Source: Curvularia clavata (Eukaryota). From it: DNA of 64,000 bases. The translations under genes were made by a program, and so were the position numbers. The DNA lies in NCBI GenBank assembly GCA_023920165.1, contig CP089278.1:3038001-3102000 (forward strand), given 5' to 3'. Positions 36,393 through 47,124 of this stretch are shown here, piece after piece (the first letter of the stretch is position 1; each line of letters opens with the position of its first letter). The notes beneath the pieces were generated by a model. The model saw nothing but the letters and a program-made list of their open reading frames with translations, was not told the origin of the DNA and did not search any database.

Positions 36393-39077
36393 GGTTAAGA
36401 TGGTGGAGTGGAATGTGCAATATTTTTGTTTTTGGTAACATAACGATGCTATGGTAGCTCTTTCGGAATGTAAAAAGTCGGGTTGCGTTGGTGTGCTTAA
36501 TAAAACAAATTCAATGAGCAGCCCATTCGGTCATTCGATATTTCCAGACGTAACCTGTCTTTGAAAGAATAATCCCCCAGGTTGATGATAAGGACTAAAA
36601 AATTGTCTGTATTACACAGCAAGTTGCCTACTGTTACGACTCTAATCGGCTCTTACTAGTTAGGAAAGGTGTATAAAACACGACTCATCCACCCGCATTT
36701 TGGACATGACTCGAAGTTCACGTCGGAGTACAGACCGTAGGTGTAGTTCCTGCACTTCTCTAGTCTGGGACCGAATGCGTGAACCACGATATAGTGTATC
36801 TAAGGCGTGAGAGAAGCCGAGGGGCGTTTTCAAGCCTGCAGGGTTGGAAAGGGGTGTTGAAATGACATGAAATATTCAGTGGCGGGGATTTAGTGTCAAA
36901 AAGAATGGGATTACCACGTCTACCAAGATTGCAGTTATCAGAAAAGGAAATTGTCAGAAATGAGATGATGGGTTATGTCGAGAAGTCCGGGGTGCATTGG
37001 TGTCAGTATTCACGCTCGAGCATCGGAACCCGAGATTCGGGGATGAATGTTTGACACGGCGTGGGAAAGGAGACCAGCCAGACATTGCAATGTGAAAAGA
37101 GCACCCTTTTGGGAACAATGATATTCTGTCAATGGACGGCAATAAATTACGAGGACGCAGGATGTCGCACAAGCTCGCCATGCCTCCACCAATTCTCATC
37201 GTGTCCTAAACCAGCGATCCCAAACGACCACCACGATGGAAGTCAAAGAAACCGCAAAATCGGTACACGGGACTGTGCTCTGATGTCTCTCCCGACTCGA
37301 CGGGCCGTAGTATTTTTCCGATGGCCGATTCACCCTTTGCGCCAATGGATAGAGGGCAGCGAGTTGGGCGTGAAACATGAGGCGGTTAAAATGGGATCTG
37401 CGGGGCTGACTGCGAGTGTGACCGCCCTGACGGAAGGGAAGGGGCGGGCGGCCGCGCGCTTCAGTGTGAGTCTGTGTGCGGTGGGCTGAGATGACTGATT
37501 GGCTGGGTTAGAGCGAGATGGGGAATCCGTGATTTGAGGTTTTTATTTCGCTGGAACTACGATGACATGGGGTGATGGGCTTTGCAAACGGTCATAGGGG
37601 TGGTGAGCAAGGGTGCTGTGATGACCTGGTGCGCTCTCGTGGCATATTGAGAAGTTTTTTTTCGCTTGTTGAAGACACATTGTTAGTGTGATTATCTTGA
37701 CTTCTTTGGGGGGCAGTGAAGAAGAGCTGGCGTCCAGGGTAGCTGGGCAAGGAACATGGTAGCATTCTCGTCCCTAGGCAAAAAGGCTAGTTGTGAATCG
37801 GGGTTTTACACCACGATGCCGCTACGTTGCCGAAACCCGAGCCCCACCCTTACTAAGTCCATGGTAGTCTCGGACGAGCGTCTGCAAAGGATCACCAGGC
37901 GTGCCCCTGCATCGTGTAACTTGCAGAGGCACATACGAAGACACTTGGCCATTGGCAGTGGCGGAGAGTGTTATACGCCCGGGTGGAGCACATTGTCGTT
38001 AGCTAGATTGTCCGTGGACGCCTTGTGCTGCAAAAGCAATACGAAAGACGGGTAAATGGACGGACTGTTTCCCGTTGAAAGCAAACGGAGAGCGAGTAGG
38101 TATGTAAGAAGTCGTGAATTAATAAAACGAAACATTCCAGAAAGGCGATCAACAGCACGTGGCGAGAGGACGCGAAAACGTCGCTATCGATACGGCCCTG
38201 GCTCCCGCTCATGCTAGTATATCCACTGTAAATCTTACTTTCCATTGGTAACATAGCCGAAGGATCATAGACCGTTTTGCTGGTGAAACGCGTTTCTCTC
38301 CTGTCGTCCTAGTGCTCTGCTCATCTCTGCGAAAAATGTCGTCTGTGGTTGTCTGTCCTGTGATGGCAGGTCAGGAACAAGCGCCGCTGCTACTCCCAAA
38401 CAGGTAAGGCGTGAAACGGAAGGCGGACTCTGCCAGCCACGAACAGCAGAACCTCCATCGCGGGCCCGGACAGAGACTCCTTCACTCAAGACCCACAGGC
38501 TCCCGCGTCTCGCTGCCCAGAAAATGAGACCCACTTCCGCACCTACGCCTCCCGGCCTCGCAAGCACATTGGCTCGTAGATAAATCAGGGGCCGTATGCC
38601 ACGCTCTCATAGGCTCCGTTTTGGGCAAAGGCCACCAGCATGCTCCCTTGCACAACGCTCTTCAGTCGCCAAGCCCGGGCGTGCTCAGGTGGATTATACG
38701 AGCTCTCCACCTATACTGATGTCCAGTCGCTAGAAGATGACTTAAAAGCTGGATGCCTGCCCGTGTGAAGGGGGGCATCAATCCCAGTGATAGATACACA
38801 CGCTCCCTCTTGACAAGCTAGTCTTTGTCGACACTCATTATACATTCACACTCCTTTTCAGTTCGAAAGCGCGGGACCGTCTTTCTTCTTTGATCTTCAA
38901 TTGCTGCTTCTAACAAAAGCGTTGTCACTCAACTGCGCACATCGTCAACGCATACTGTTCTTTCGGGTTTGCTAGTACTTAGGGACGCCAATTTTGTCCC
39001 TGCATTTGAACAAACAGTTCTTACAACCATTCGCACCAGTCATAACAAACACAACAAAACAACAACATTCAGACACC

Positions 39078-40313
39078 ATGTACACAAAGACTTTCTTTAC
39101 CCTTGCCCTTGCCGGCGCTGCTCAGGCTCACATGAGTTTGTTCTACCCTCCCCCTCTAGGTGGAGCCCCGTCCATTAACCCCCAGTCGACCGAGCTCGAT
39201 CCTGAGTTCAACTTTCCTCTTGGATGCTGCGGCCCCGATGGAGGTGACAGCAGACCCTCTCCAGGCCTCTGCCGTGGCCACATTGACAAGTTTGATACCG
39301 AGAAAGCCACCGTCACCTGGCAGCCTGGCCAAGACGCCCACTTCCAGCTTACCGACTTTGACTACGACCCAGCCGCGCCCGGCGGTACTCACTCTGGAGG
39401 TTCCTGCCAAGTTGGCTTCTCAGTAGACAAGGGCAAGACTTGGAAGTTGGCTGCCTCATATCACGGCGCTTGTCCCCATGCTACCACTGACGGCTCCCCT
39501 GAGGCTCAAACCTTTGACTTCAAGGTGCCTACCAATATGCCCGAAGGAGACGCCCTTTTCATGTGGATATGGCTTAACCGCGAACACGAAAGCTTCGAGT
39601 CGTGTGCCAAGGTTCATATTGGAGGAGGATCTGGCGATGGCAACAGCCCTAGCCAGCCTAGCCAGCCCTCTCAGCCGGCACCCCAGCCTGAGCAGCCAGC
39701 ATACCCTACGGACCCACCCAAGGAGACTCCCCAGCCTGAGGCTCCTCAGCAGCCAGGATACGCGGCTCCTCAGCCTGAAGCCCCTAAGCCGGAGGCTCCC
39801 CAGCAGCCGGGTAACGAGAAGCCTCCCACCGGCCCCGTTGTCACCGTCACTACCGTGATCGCAACCACCATCTACCAGACGGTCGAGGCGACCCCAACCC
39901 CCGACAACTCCGCCTCCAAGGCCAACGCCCGATCCTGGCAATGGCGTGCCCACCAGAAAGTCAAGCCCAACACCCGCCGCTACGAGGTCGACGGCTCCCG
40001 CTGCGACTGCACCCGTGACGAGTTCACCCTCGCCGCCCGCTGCTCCTGCGACTCGACTGATAAGGCCGTTGAGCGCAAGGCTCTCCGCCTGCACCGCCGC
40101 ACCTTCTATAAGCGTACCGACGCTTGCGACTGGAACACGGCCCCCGCTATGGAGACTTCATACTACACCATCGACGCTAAGTGCGCTCCTGGCGCTAAGG
40201 ATCGCGTGCCCGAGAGCGACAAGTTTGAGCTGGGCTGGGATGTCCCTTGTGGTGTTGTCGCGGGTGAGAGCGAGTACGAGATCAAGATGTTCTCTTGCGA
40301 CATGTACGGTTAA
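39078..40313 (+). CDS. Secreted AA11-like lytic polysaccharide monooxygenase with Pro/Gln-rich linker and Cys-rich C-terminus
   Basis: 17-aa signal peptide followed directly by His (39129); HSGGSCQ, SYHGACP, FKVP..GDALFMWIWLN and ESFESCA motifs of AA11. Confidence 0.8.
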   Translation: MYTKTFFTLALAGAAQAHMSLFYPPPLGGAPSINPQSTELDPEFNFPLGCCGPDGGDSRPSPGLCRGHIDKFDTEKATVTWQPGQDAHFQLTDFDYDPAAPGGTHSGGSCQVGFSVDKGKTWKLAASYHGACPHATTDGSPEAQTFDFKVPTNMPEGDALFMWIWLNREHESFESCAKVHIGGGSGDGNSPSQPSQPSQPAPQPEQPAYPTDPPKETPQPEAPQQPGYAAPQPEAPKPEAPQQPGNEKPPTGPVVTVTTVIATTIYQTVEATPTPDNSASKANARSWQWRAHQKVKPNTRRYEVDGSRCDCTRDEFTLAARCSCDSTDKAVERKALRLHRRTFYKRTDACDWNTAPAMETSYYTIDAKCAPGAKDRVPESDKFELGWDVPCGVVAGESEYEIKMFSCDMYG

Positions 40314-40411
40314 GATGTGTGCGACTGTGTCGTTCTACTTCTGTATATCCCCCTTCTCTTCTTCATTCCGCTCGTTCAGCATTTTCTCTGGACGCTTGGA
40401 CTCTTTTTTAT

Positions 40412-40436
40412 TTTCTTCTTCTTCTTCTTCTTCTTC
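40412..40436. repeat. (TTC)n microsatellite in 3' flank
   Basis: ttcttcttcttc... run read directly. Confidence 0.9.
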
Positions 40437-40957
40437 TTTCTGGCCACGTCTCATTTGAGCGGGTCTTTGATAGGGTCTTTGATACTGCGCATGATGGAAA
40501 TGCGCTTGTCTTGAGGGTGTGTTACTGGAGTTTGGGTCTTGGCTGTGCAGCTGATGGAAACAAAAGGAAAAAAATGGGAGGTGTATTGGCTTCTTGGTAT
40601 GGCCTCTTCTCATAGAAGAATGAAACTTGCTTGAGCAATCTTTTGCAAAACTCTCTGGCGTGAAGATGTGTGTGTATATTGATTCGCGATGTATGTCCTT
40701 GTTGTGTTCATTTAGTGACTAAGAAATAAGACTGTGGTTGTTACCTAGCTTTCTAAGCGGCCTAGCACGTATCCATCTAATGTCCCTCCCTAGGTCACGC
40801 AAATCCCTCTGTGCCGCAAGAAAAGAGGGTAACTTCAACTTCAAATGAGCAATACACTACGACTGGTTTAGTAGAGCCCGTTGAGCTCTATATATAGATA
40901 CTAGAACTTTTGAGGCCTCTCTCTGGGGCTAGCTTGAACTTCTCCGAAATACGAAAT

Positions 40958-43900
40958 TTACATGACCCTGCACCATCCTTTCTGCCTCTCAATCTGTTGC
41001 TGTAGTGATTTATCTGCCTCCACTACATCTCCATCCGCACCATCTCTTCCGCCCATCCCCATCCCCATCCCTGTTCTTTGCTGACCTTCTGCTACTTCTT
41101 TTACCTCTAAAGTCCCGCCTAAAGGATACGGGTTCTCCAACAATAACCTCCATCCCTCCTCCATCTCCAAAAACTCACTAGCAAACTCAAATAGTCTCCC
41201 AGTTATACACGCCTTATGCAAATCCATCGGATTCGCCCTATTCAACACCTGCCTATAAATCTCCATAAGCGTGAATGTATCTTCCAGTGTGTTACAATTG
41301 AAGAAGCCATAGTCGCAAGCGATTGCCGGGATGGGCGGATATGTTGTTAGATCCGCGTTCTCGAGGAATTGTTTGAGATCCCAAACGGACGGATGCGGAC
41401 CCGACGGCGGCACGGAAAGGAATGATTCGAGATAAGGTAAACGGGTGCGCAAATGCTTGAGGTCGTGAGAGTCTATGAGCTGAAGTAGTGTCCCGGCCTC
41501 GTAGGACTTCCAGAATGAAGCGAATGAAGCTGTGTGCGTAAGACTGCGCCGCTCATTGTGGAATGTGTAGAAGAAACTGCCATCGCTGGGGACAAGCAGG
41601 AGAAGGTATATTTCTAACAGCTGACTTTCCTCGGCGCTGTTGCGACAGGCTACAAAGGCGAACGTGTGGTACAGCATTGTGCTCGGGTTTGGGGTATGGC
41701 GGTGCAAGATGTGTGATAACAGAAAGAAGCTATCTCGTTTGGCCTCAGGTTTCAGCTCACTTGGGTGCATGTTACGGTCCCGAGGATCAAGGTACAGTTT
41801 TGCTTTGTCAAAGAAAGTCTCTGCGAGACTTCCCTCTGCTTCTTCTTTGGTTGTAGGCTTCTGCAGACGGTGCAGATTTTTGAGCCACCAGGGGAAGTAC
41901 TGGCCACGATGGGATTCGGGTATTCTGTAGAAAATCTCTTTGATCTTCTCAACCATGATACCTTTGACGCGCCATTCATGTAAGTCACTCGATGTAATGT
42001 CGCCGAAAAGACGAACGCCTTGGTATAGCCCAAAGAGGTTAGATCGGTCCCTGGCGTCAATGGCGTTGAAGCCGAAATCTTGCAAGACATCTTCGTCCAC
42101 GGGTATGATGTCTTCACCCAATGACTTCCAAAGATAGTCCGCTGAGGTGAGCTGGCGCTTTGAGCATGTGAATAGGTGATATACGGATGCTTTGCCTTCG
42201 CACGATTCACTACAGAAATGCCCTCTACTACAGTAGCTGCATCTTCTTTTGGTTGGCCGGTCACATACGTCGCATTCTGTTTTGTATGCTTCATCGTTTG
42301 ACGTGGAATGATAGCGGTTGACGAGAGTCTCTGACCTCTCTGATCGCCTGTAAGAATTAGGTTTGCGGGAAATTAAAGCATGAATTTGGATTTTCCTACC
42401 TTCTGAACATCTCTGCAACTCGATCCTGCTCCGCCTTCATAGCTAGATGATCAATCTGCACTCGCCTCGCCGAAATTTCGTCATGCTGAGTACCGATTAA
42501 GCTGCTGCCCCCAAGTACTGAAGTTCGTTCATGTCGAACTTTGCCTGCCACTGGGGTGACGAGCTTCTTTACTATCTCGTTCTGCAGTGATATCACAGCC
42601 TCACTGATTCGCTTGACCTGTTTCGGGAGAGGCAGCTCCACATTTGGAATAGTCCATGGCTTGAAAAGACGACCGTGGCATCCCCGTGTATTAAAGTGTC
42701 CATATGACTGGATAAACGCATGGCACATGAAGCAACACAGCTTACTACATCCAATGTAAGGCAATGTCTCAGGGCCAGACGAATTGGATGTGTTCAAGTG
42801 CATCAGTAATTGCACCTCGGCATGGATTTTCAGCTTCTGTCTCTGTCGCTCCATGAACTCGTGTTCAAGTTGACTCAGAGTCCACTTTGGACCCATGACG
42901 GCCTGAATTGTCCCCTTTTTTGTATCAAGGCCAAGAATATCAAATGTCTCCCTTAGCTTCATGAGACGATAAGGCGGTCTTGTGGGTGCAGGAGGTCGGG
43001 CCACTAGGGCGATGGTGATATGCATGAAACTCGGGAACGTTAGGGCGGTTTCCTTGAACTTTTCGCATGCAACTCTGAGCCGTGCAGTTAAACAGATGTT
43101 GACCCAAAGTCTTTTTGACGTAGAAGATGCTTGTGGAGAGCTGTTGAGCATTTTCTCTATAGTCTTTGACCGGCGTAGGTCGTATGCTGCGATAACAAGC
43201 TCTGAATGCCGGTCAAAAGTGCTTCCGCCATTGATATTTGTATCGAAAAGAAGTCCACGCAGAATCGATAGTTTTGAAGCAGGGTCTGGACTTTCGCCTG
43301 TTGTGTCAACATATGTCTCCCTAGATCCTACCTCGAAAGCTTTGAAGCTCGCTCTTAGATCGGGTATATAGCTACTCTGTATCCGACTCTGGTGGAAGGA
43401 CACCAGCACTTCCCATAGACGTAAATCTGTATTTGTATCTAAACAGATATCAACAGATATCAACAGATATCAACAGATATCAACAGATATCAACAGATAT
43501 CAACAGATGAGCTGTCGATGAAAAGTCAGTATGTTGAACATACCTTCGCCACGGGAATATGATTCCAACAGCCTTTCTAAGGCAGTAAAGATAGGCTTTT
43601 CAGCCTCTGAGAACCCCTCATTCCGAGCGATCCAGATGTACACGCTGTCTTTACTCTCCCTCATAGCAGAGCAAGCGACTCTAGTTCCGCCCTTTTTGTT
43701 TGCTGCAAATTCCGCCAAGCAGTCCAGAAACTTCTGCTTCAGCCTTCCATGTCCAGAATCTGTTATCAGATCAGCGCAGCCAGTGTCCACACTAGGTGCG
43801 CCTGCATTGTCATTGTTGTCGCTACTATAGTCTTCGTCGAGTACGGCGTTAGATAGCGAGGAGGCTTCGGCCTGGCCGCCGTTTCGAAGCGCTAGCAGAT

Positions 43901-43964
43901 TGGCTAGAGAGTGGAAATGGGACCAGTTTAGGCCTGGATAGTCCCAGTCGAATGTTTCGCCCAT
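40958..43964 (-). CDS. OTT_1508-like zinc deaminase fused to MYND-type zinc finger and C-terminal repeat domain (about 949 aa); introns 43439-43543 and 42348-42399
   Basis: IWIARNEG in the N-terminal region; IHAEVQLL ... YIGCSKLCCFMC ... RGCHGRLFKPW deaminase motifs; CDVC..RCSYC..FCSESC..HLFTC MYND pattern. Both introns restore the frame across three ORFs. Confidence 0.8.
43442..43508. repeat. 10-bp minisatellite (AACAGATATC) x about 6.7 inside intron 1 of the deaminase gene
   Basis: aacagatatc is repeated perfectly from 43442 to 43508. Confidence 0.95.
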
Positions 43965-44862
43965 TTCAAAACACACATCTATCGTTCGTGCTGGTGGTGT
44001 ATGATGCGTAGATGTGCGGGGTCGACTGGGACTCAGGTGCGAGGGGTGGTAGTACGCCTGCAGACCAATCAGCCAATGCAAGGTCGATACATATCACTGC
44101 CGCGAAAGAAAAGTAGCGTGTCATCTTTGCCGCGTTCCAAGCAGAGAAATGAACAAGTGCTGAACCAACTCAGTACTATGATGTCAACTGTTGAGACATC
44201 TTCTCAGCTCTCGCTCTATTGCCATCGTACACTTGCACTTCTACAGCGATAGCACCGAGTATGGCATGGAATAGCACCATAATACAACGGGAAAGCCAGG
44301 TTATTAGTGTATCAAACGGGATGGCTAGTGTCAACATGTTGTGAACACCACTACTGAGGCTATTATAATGGACACTACCCTTCCTACTACGCGGCTTGGA
44401 AGACAAAGGAACCCGCTCTGATGCCAGAAATAGATTAGCACGTGATCTGATAGATGCTTTGAGAGTTGAACGCTAGTATGCTTGGGCCTGGTTGGATCTA
44501 GTAGGAACTGACGCGCTATCTACGTAAGTATACGAAAGTTAGAACTGATAGGATGCCAATTAATTCTAGACTGAACAATACAAACAAGCCACGACAAGAC
44601 TAAACACACTATACTATCTTAGCTACCTTTCTAAAACTATATAGAGTAACCTCAAAAGTAACGATTCCATTACAATAGTGAGATGAAGCGATATGGCGGC
44701 CTTCAAGGCGCAAAAACTGCAGGTGCTTTGCGGCACGGCGGGATTTGCGTGACCTAGGGAGGAATACTATTTCCCACATCACCATACTTTGACGCTTCCT
44801 ACCTCGTTCCACTAAAGTCAACGCCTCCCACGCATTTCTGTATCTATTGACTGTTCACTTCA

Positions 44863-47124
44863 TCAACCCAGCCTCACCTCCACAGGCTCACTGGCATGCG
44901 CCTCCCAAACCACCTTGGGCACCCACCCACACGCCACTCTGTACGCGACACCCTCCCTGCGCTGAACCCAAAGCACATTATAAAATTCGCACTTTGCCTC
45001 CGCGTTTGCCGGCTCCTCTTTCTTTCTTTCCTCAGCCAGCGTATCCAGCACCTTCTTTCTCGCCTGGTGCCACAGCTTCAGTTCAAACCGCATTCTGTAC
45101 TCCTCTCCATATGCTGACAACGTATCTTTATTCGCCTCCATATCCTCCTGGACTGACTTTTCCACCGCTGCCTCCAGCGCATCTACATCGGATACAGCGC
45201 GGCTATCTGTCTCTTTTCCTGCATCTGGGTCAAATACTAGCGTAATATCGCACAGCAGCGCGCGGCGTTGGTGTCGTGAAAGCGGCGGTGTACCGAAGGG
45301 AATCAGTTTTCCCTCATTACCGTACGTGTAGAAGATTTGTCTATGAGTAAACACATCCCATTCAATCGTGTACTCCAGATCTGCTATTGTGGCGCTTCCT
45401 GTAGAAAGGGCGATGAGCTCGACTGGCTCGTGCGGATTCAGTTTGTCGTTGTTCATCAGGCGGAAGAGACCCGCGAAGAGGCCGTTAGGTTGTTGCAGGA
45501 CGAGGACGGGAGGGATTTTACCCTCTCGAGGGCCGAGGGCGAACATTCGGTCTTGCCAGACGGAGACTTTGGAGGCACCCCAGCTTATGAGGGACTGGGG
45601 CTTTTGGGGCCGCATGACAGATGCGATGTGAAATTTGGCGGTCGTGGTTTGGAAGACGAGGTGCGGTGCTGTGGTGAGGTTGGGGTGAGGTGAGGTGGCA
45701 AGGGATAGGGGGATGGGGTGCTTGAAGAGTACTTCGTGATCTTTCGCATGGCTGAAACGCAGAGAGTCTTTACCGAGTGCAGTATGGACATGCCAGTCTT
45801 CAGGAAGAAGTGTGTCAGGTGAACTTGAGAGACTGACGTGCTCGTCAAACATCTTCGGTTCAGGTATCAGCTCCACCTGGCCCTCCTCGTTAGACAAGTG
45901 CCACTCGACCAAGTTCCGTGTTCGCCAACTACGTGACCGGTTATTGATCTTCGGATCATCGATATAAGCTAGTCCTGGGCGAAGGCTCTCCGGGTCGACA
46001 TAACATTGCCATCCGCACCATGCCCAAGACGGGAGACTAGATACCGCACCGGAGGTACTCGATGGTTGGTCTCGATCAACGCGGCGCTCTGCAGTCTCAA
46101 ACGGTTGCCATAGCAGAACGTGATCGAGGAACATAGCCGGAATCCCTGACACAAATGGCCCAGGAAATGAGCCGGATAAGGCACTCAAGACACCCGAAAT
46201 GCCCAAGAGCGCATCTTGGGGGTAAGAGAAGTCTCTTCCGTTGTATGGGCAGATCAAATCAATGTAGAAGCCAAAGTCCGGCCACCACCGAGTCGAGAAC
46301 CGTTGTCCCATATCCGTATAAACTGATGTGGTTTTGTAGTATTGACCAGGTTTGAGATCCGCACCGTCCCACAAGCAGCGCTGGCAGTCCCAAAAGATGC
46401 CTTTGTCGGTGAACATGACGGCTCTCTTGCATAGTATTTGCTCTTGATATGTCCATCCTCTTGTCGCCCATCGCGATGCTCTCAGAACTTCATATCGGCC
46501 GTCCATGACACGGACGATATTGTCCTGGGTCAGCTGAGACGATCCCAGGTAGTTGTACATGGTGTTGAAGTTCGGCCATTCTGAAGTCCTATCACTCTGG
46601 TACATGGAGTCTGGTGCGGCCGCGACGATCGTGAGATAAGCTCCTGCATATATCCTGTCCATCCTTGTAACTTGATCCAGCGTCCCTGCGTCATTTTGTA
46701 GGATGCAAAGGCGATCGACCCAGAGAAATCGCTCGTTTAATGCGACTGTCACTCGCATAGCATGTTTGATCACACCTGGAAGGAGCTCTGCGATGGCCGC
46801 GCTGGAGAAGCATCCCGGTGTCTGGAGCCCCGCTACGCTCTCAGCATCTAGAAGTAAACTGCGTGGCGAAGGTGTGGAGCTATCGCGGGTTTCTGGCCAG
46901 GTATAGCTCAGAGCCAGGTAGCGATCAGCAGAGCTTCCGGGTACGAGGCACTGTTCTTGGGTGTCGATAAGCCATACTGGCACGTCTTCTTGCGGTTGTT
47001 GTGAGAGTGGTTTAGGGACACAGGTATCACCATGTGTTGTATCGCACGCATCTATCCACTCACGAATGCGAGAGGCATAGCTGGTTTGATTGCTTTTTAG
47101 AGGAAAGATTGATGTCGAGGCCAT
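44863..47124 (-). CDS. HET domain (heterokaryon incompatibility, PF06985-type) protein
   Basis: IREWIDACDTTH, RYLALSYTW, LPGVIKHAM, FLWVDRLCILQND, MDRIYAGAYLTIVAA, WATRGWTYQEQIL, YNGRDFSYPQDAL and LPSWAWCGW. Confidence 0.92.
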   Translation of the reverse strand: MASTSIFPLKSNQTSYASRIREWIDACDTTHGDTCVPKPLSQQPQEDVPVWLIDTQEQCLVPGSSADRYLALSYTWPETRDSSTPSPRSLLLDAESVAGLQTPGCFSSAAIAELLPGVIKHAMRVTVALNERFLWVDRLCILQNDAGTLDQVTRMDRIYAGAYLTIVAAAPDSMYQSDRTSEWPNFNTMYNYLGSSQLTQDNIVRVMDGRYEVLRASRWATRGWTYQEQILCKRAVMFTDKGIFWDCQRCLWDGADLKPGQYYKTTSVYTDMGQRFSTRWWPDFGFYIDLICPYNGRDFSYPQDALLGISGVLSALSGSFPGPFVSGIPAMFLDHVLLWQPFETAERRVDRDQPSSTSGAVSSLPSWAWCGWQCYVDPESLRPGLAYIDDPKINNRSRSWRTRNLVEWHLSNEEGQVELIPEPKMFDEHVSLSSSPDTLLPEDWHVHTALGKDSLRFSHAKDHEVLFKHPIPLSLATSPHPNLTTAPHLVFQTTTAKFHIASVMRPQKPQSLISWGASKVSVWQDRMFALGPREGKIPPVLVLQQPNGLFAGLFRLMNNDKLNPHEPVELIALSTGSATIADLEYTIEWDVFTHRQIFYTYGNEGKLIPFGTPPLSRHQRRALLCDITLVFDPDAGKETDSRAVSDVDALEAAVEKSVQEDMEANKDTLSAYGEEYRMRFELKLWHQARKKVLDTLAEERKKEEPANAEAKCEFYNVLWVQRREGVAYRVACGWVPKVVWEAHASEPVEVRLG

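Noticed and set aside
43442..43508. Regular repeat as a possible CRISPR array
   Set aside because: Contiguous 10-bp units with no spacers, inside a eukaryotic intron; it is a minisatellite.
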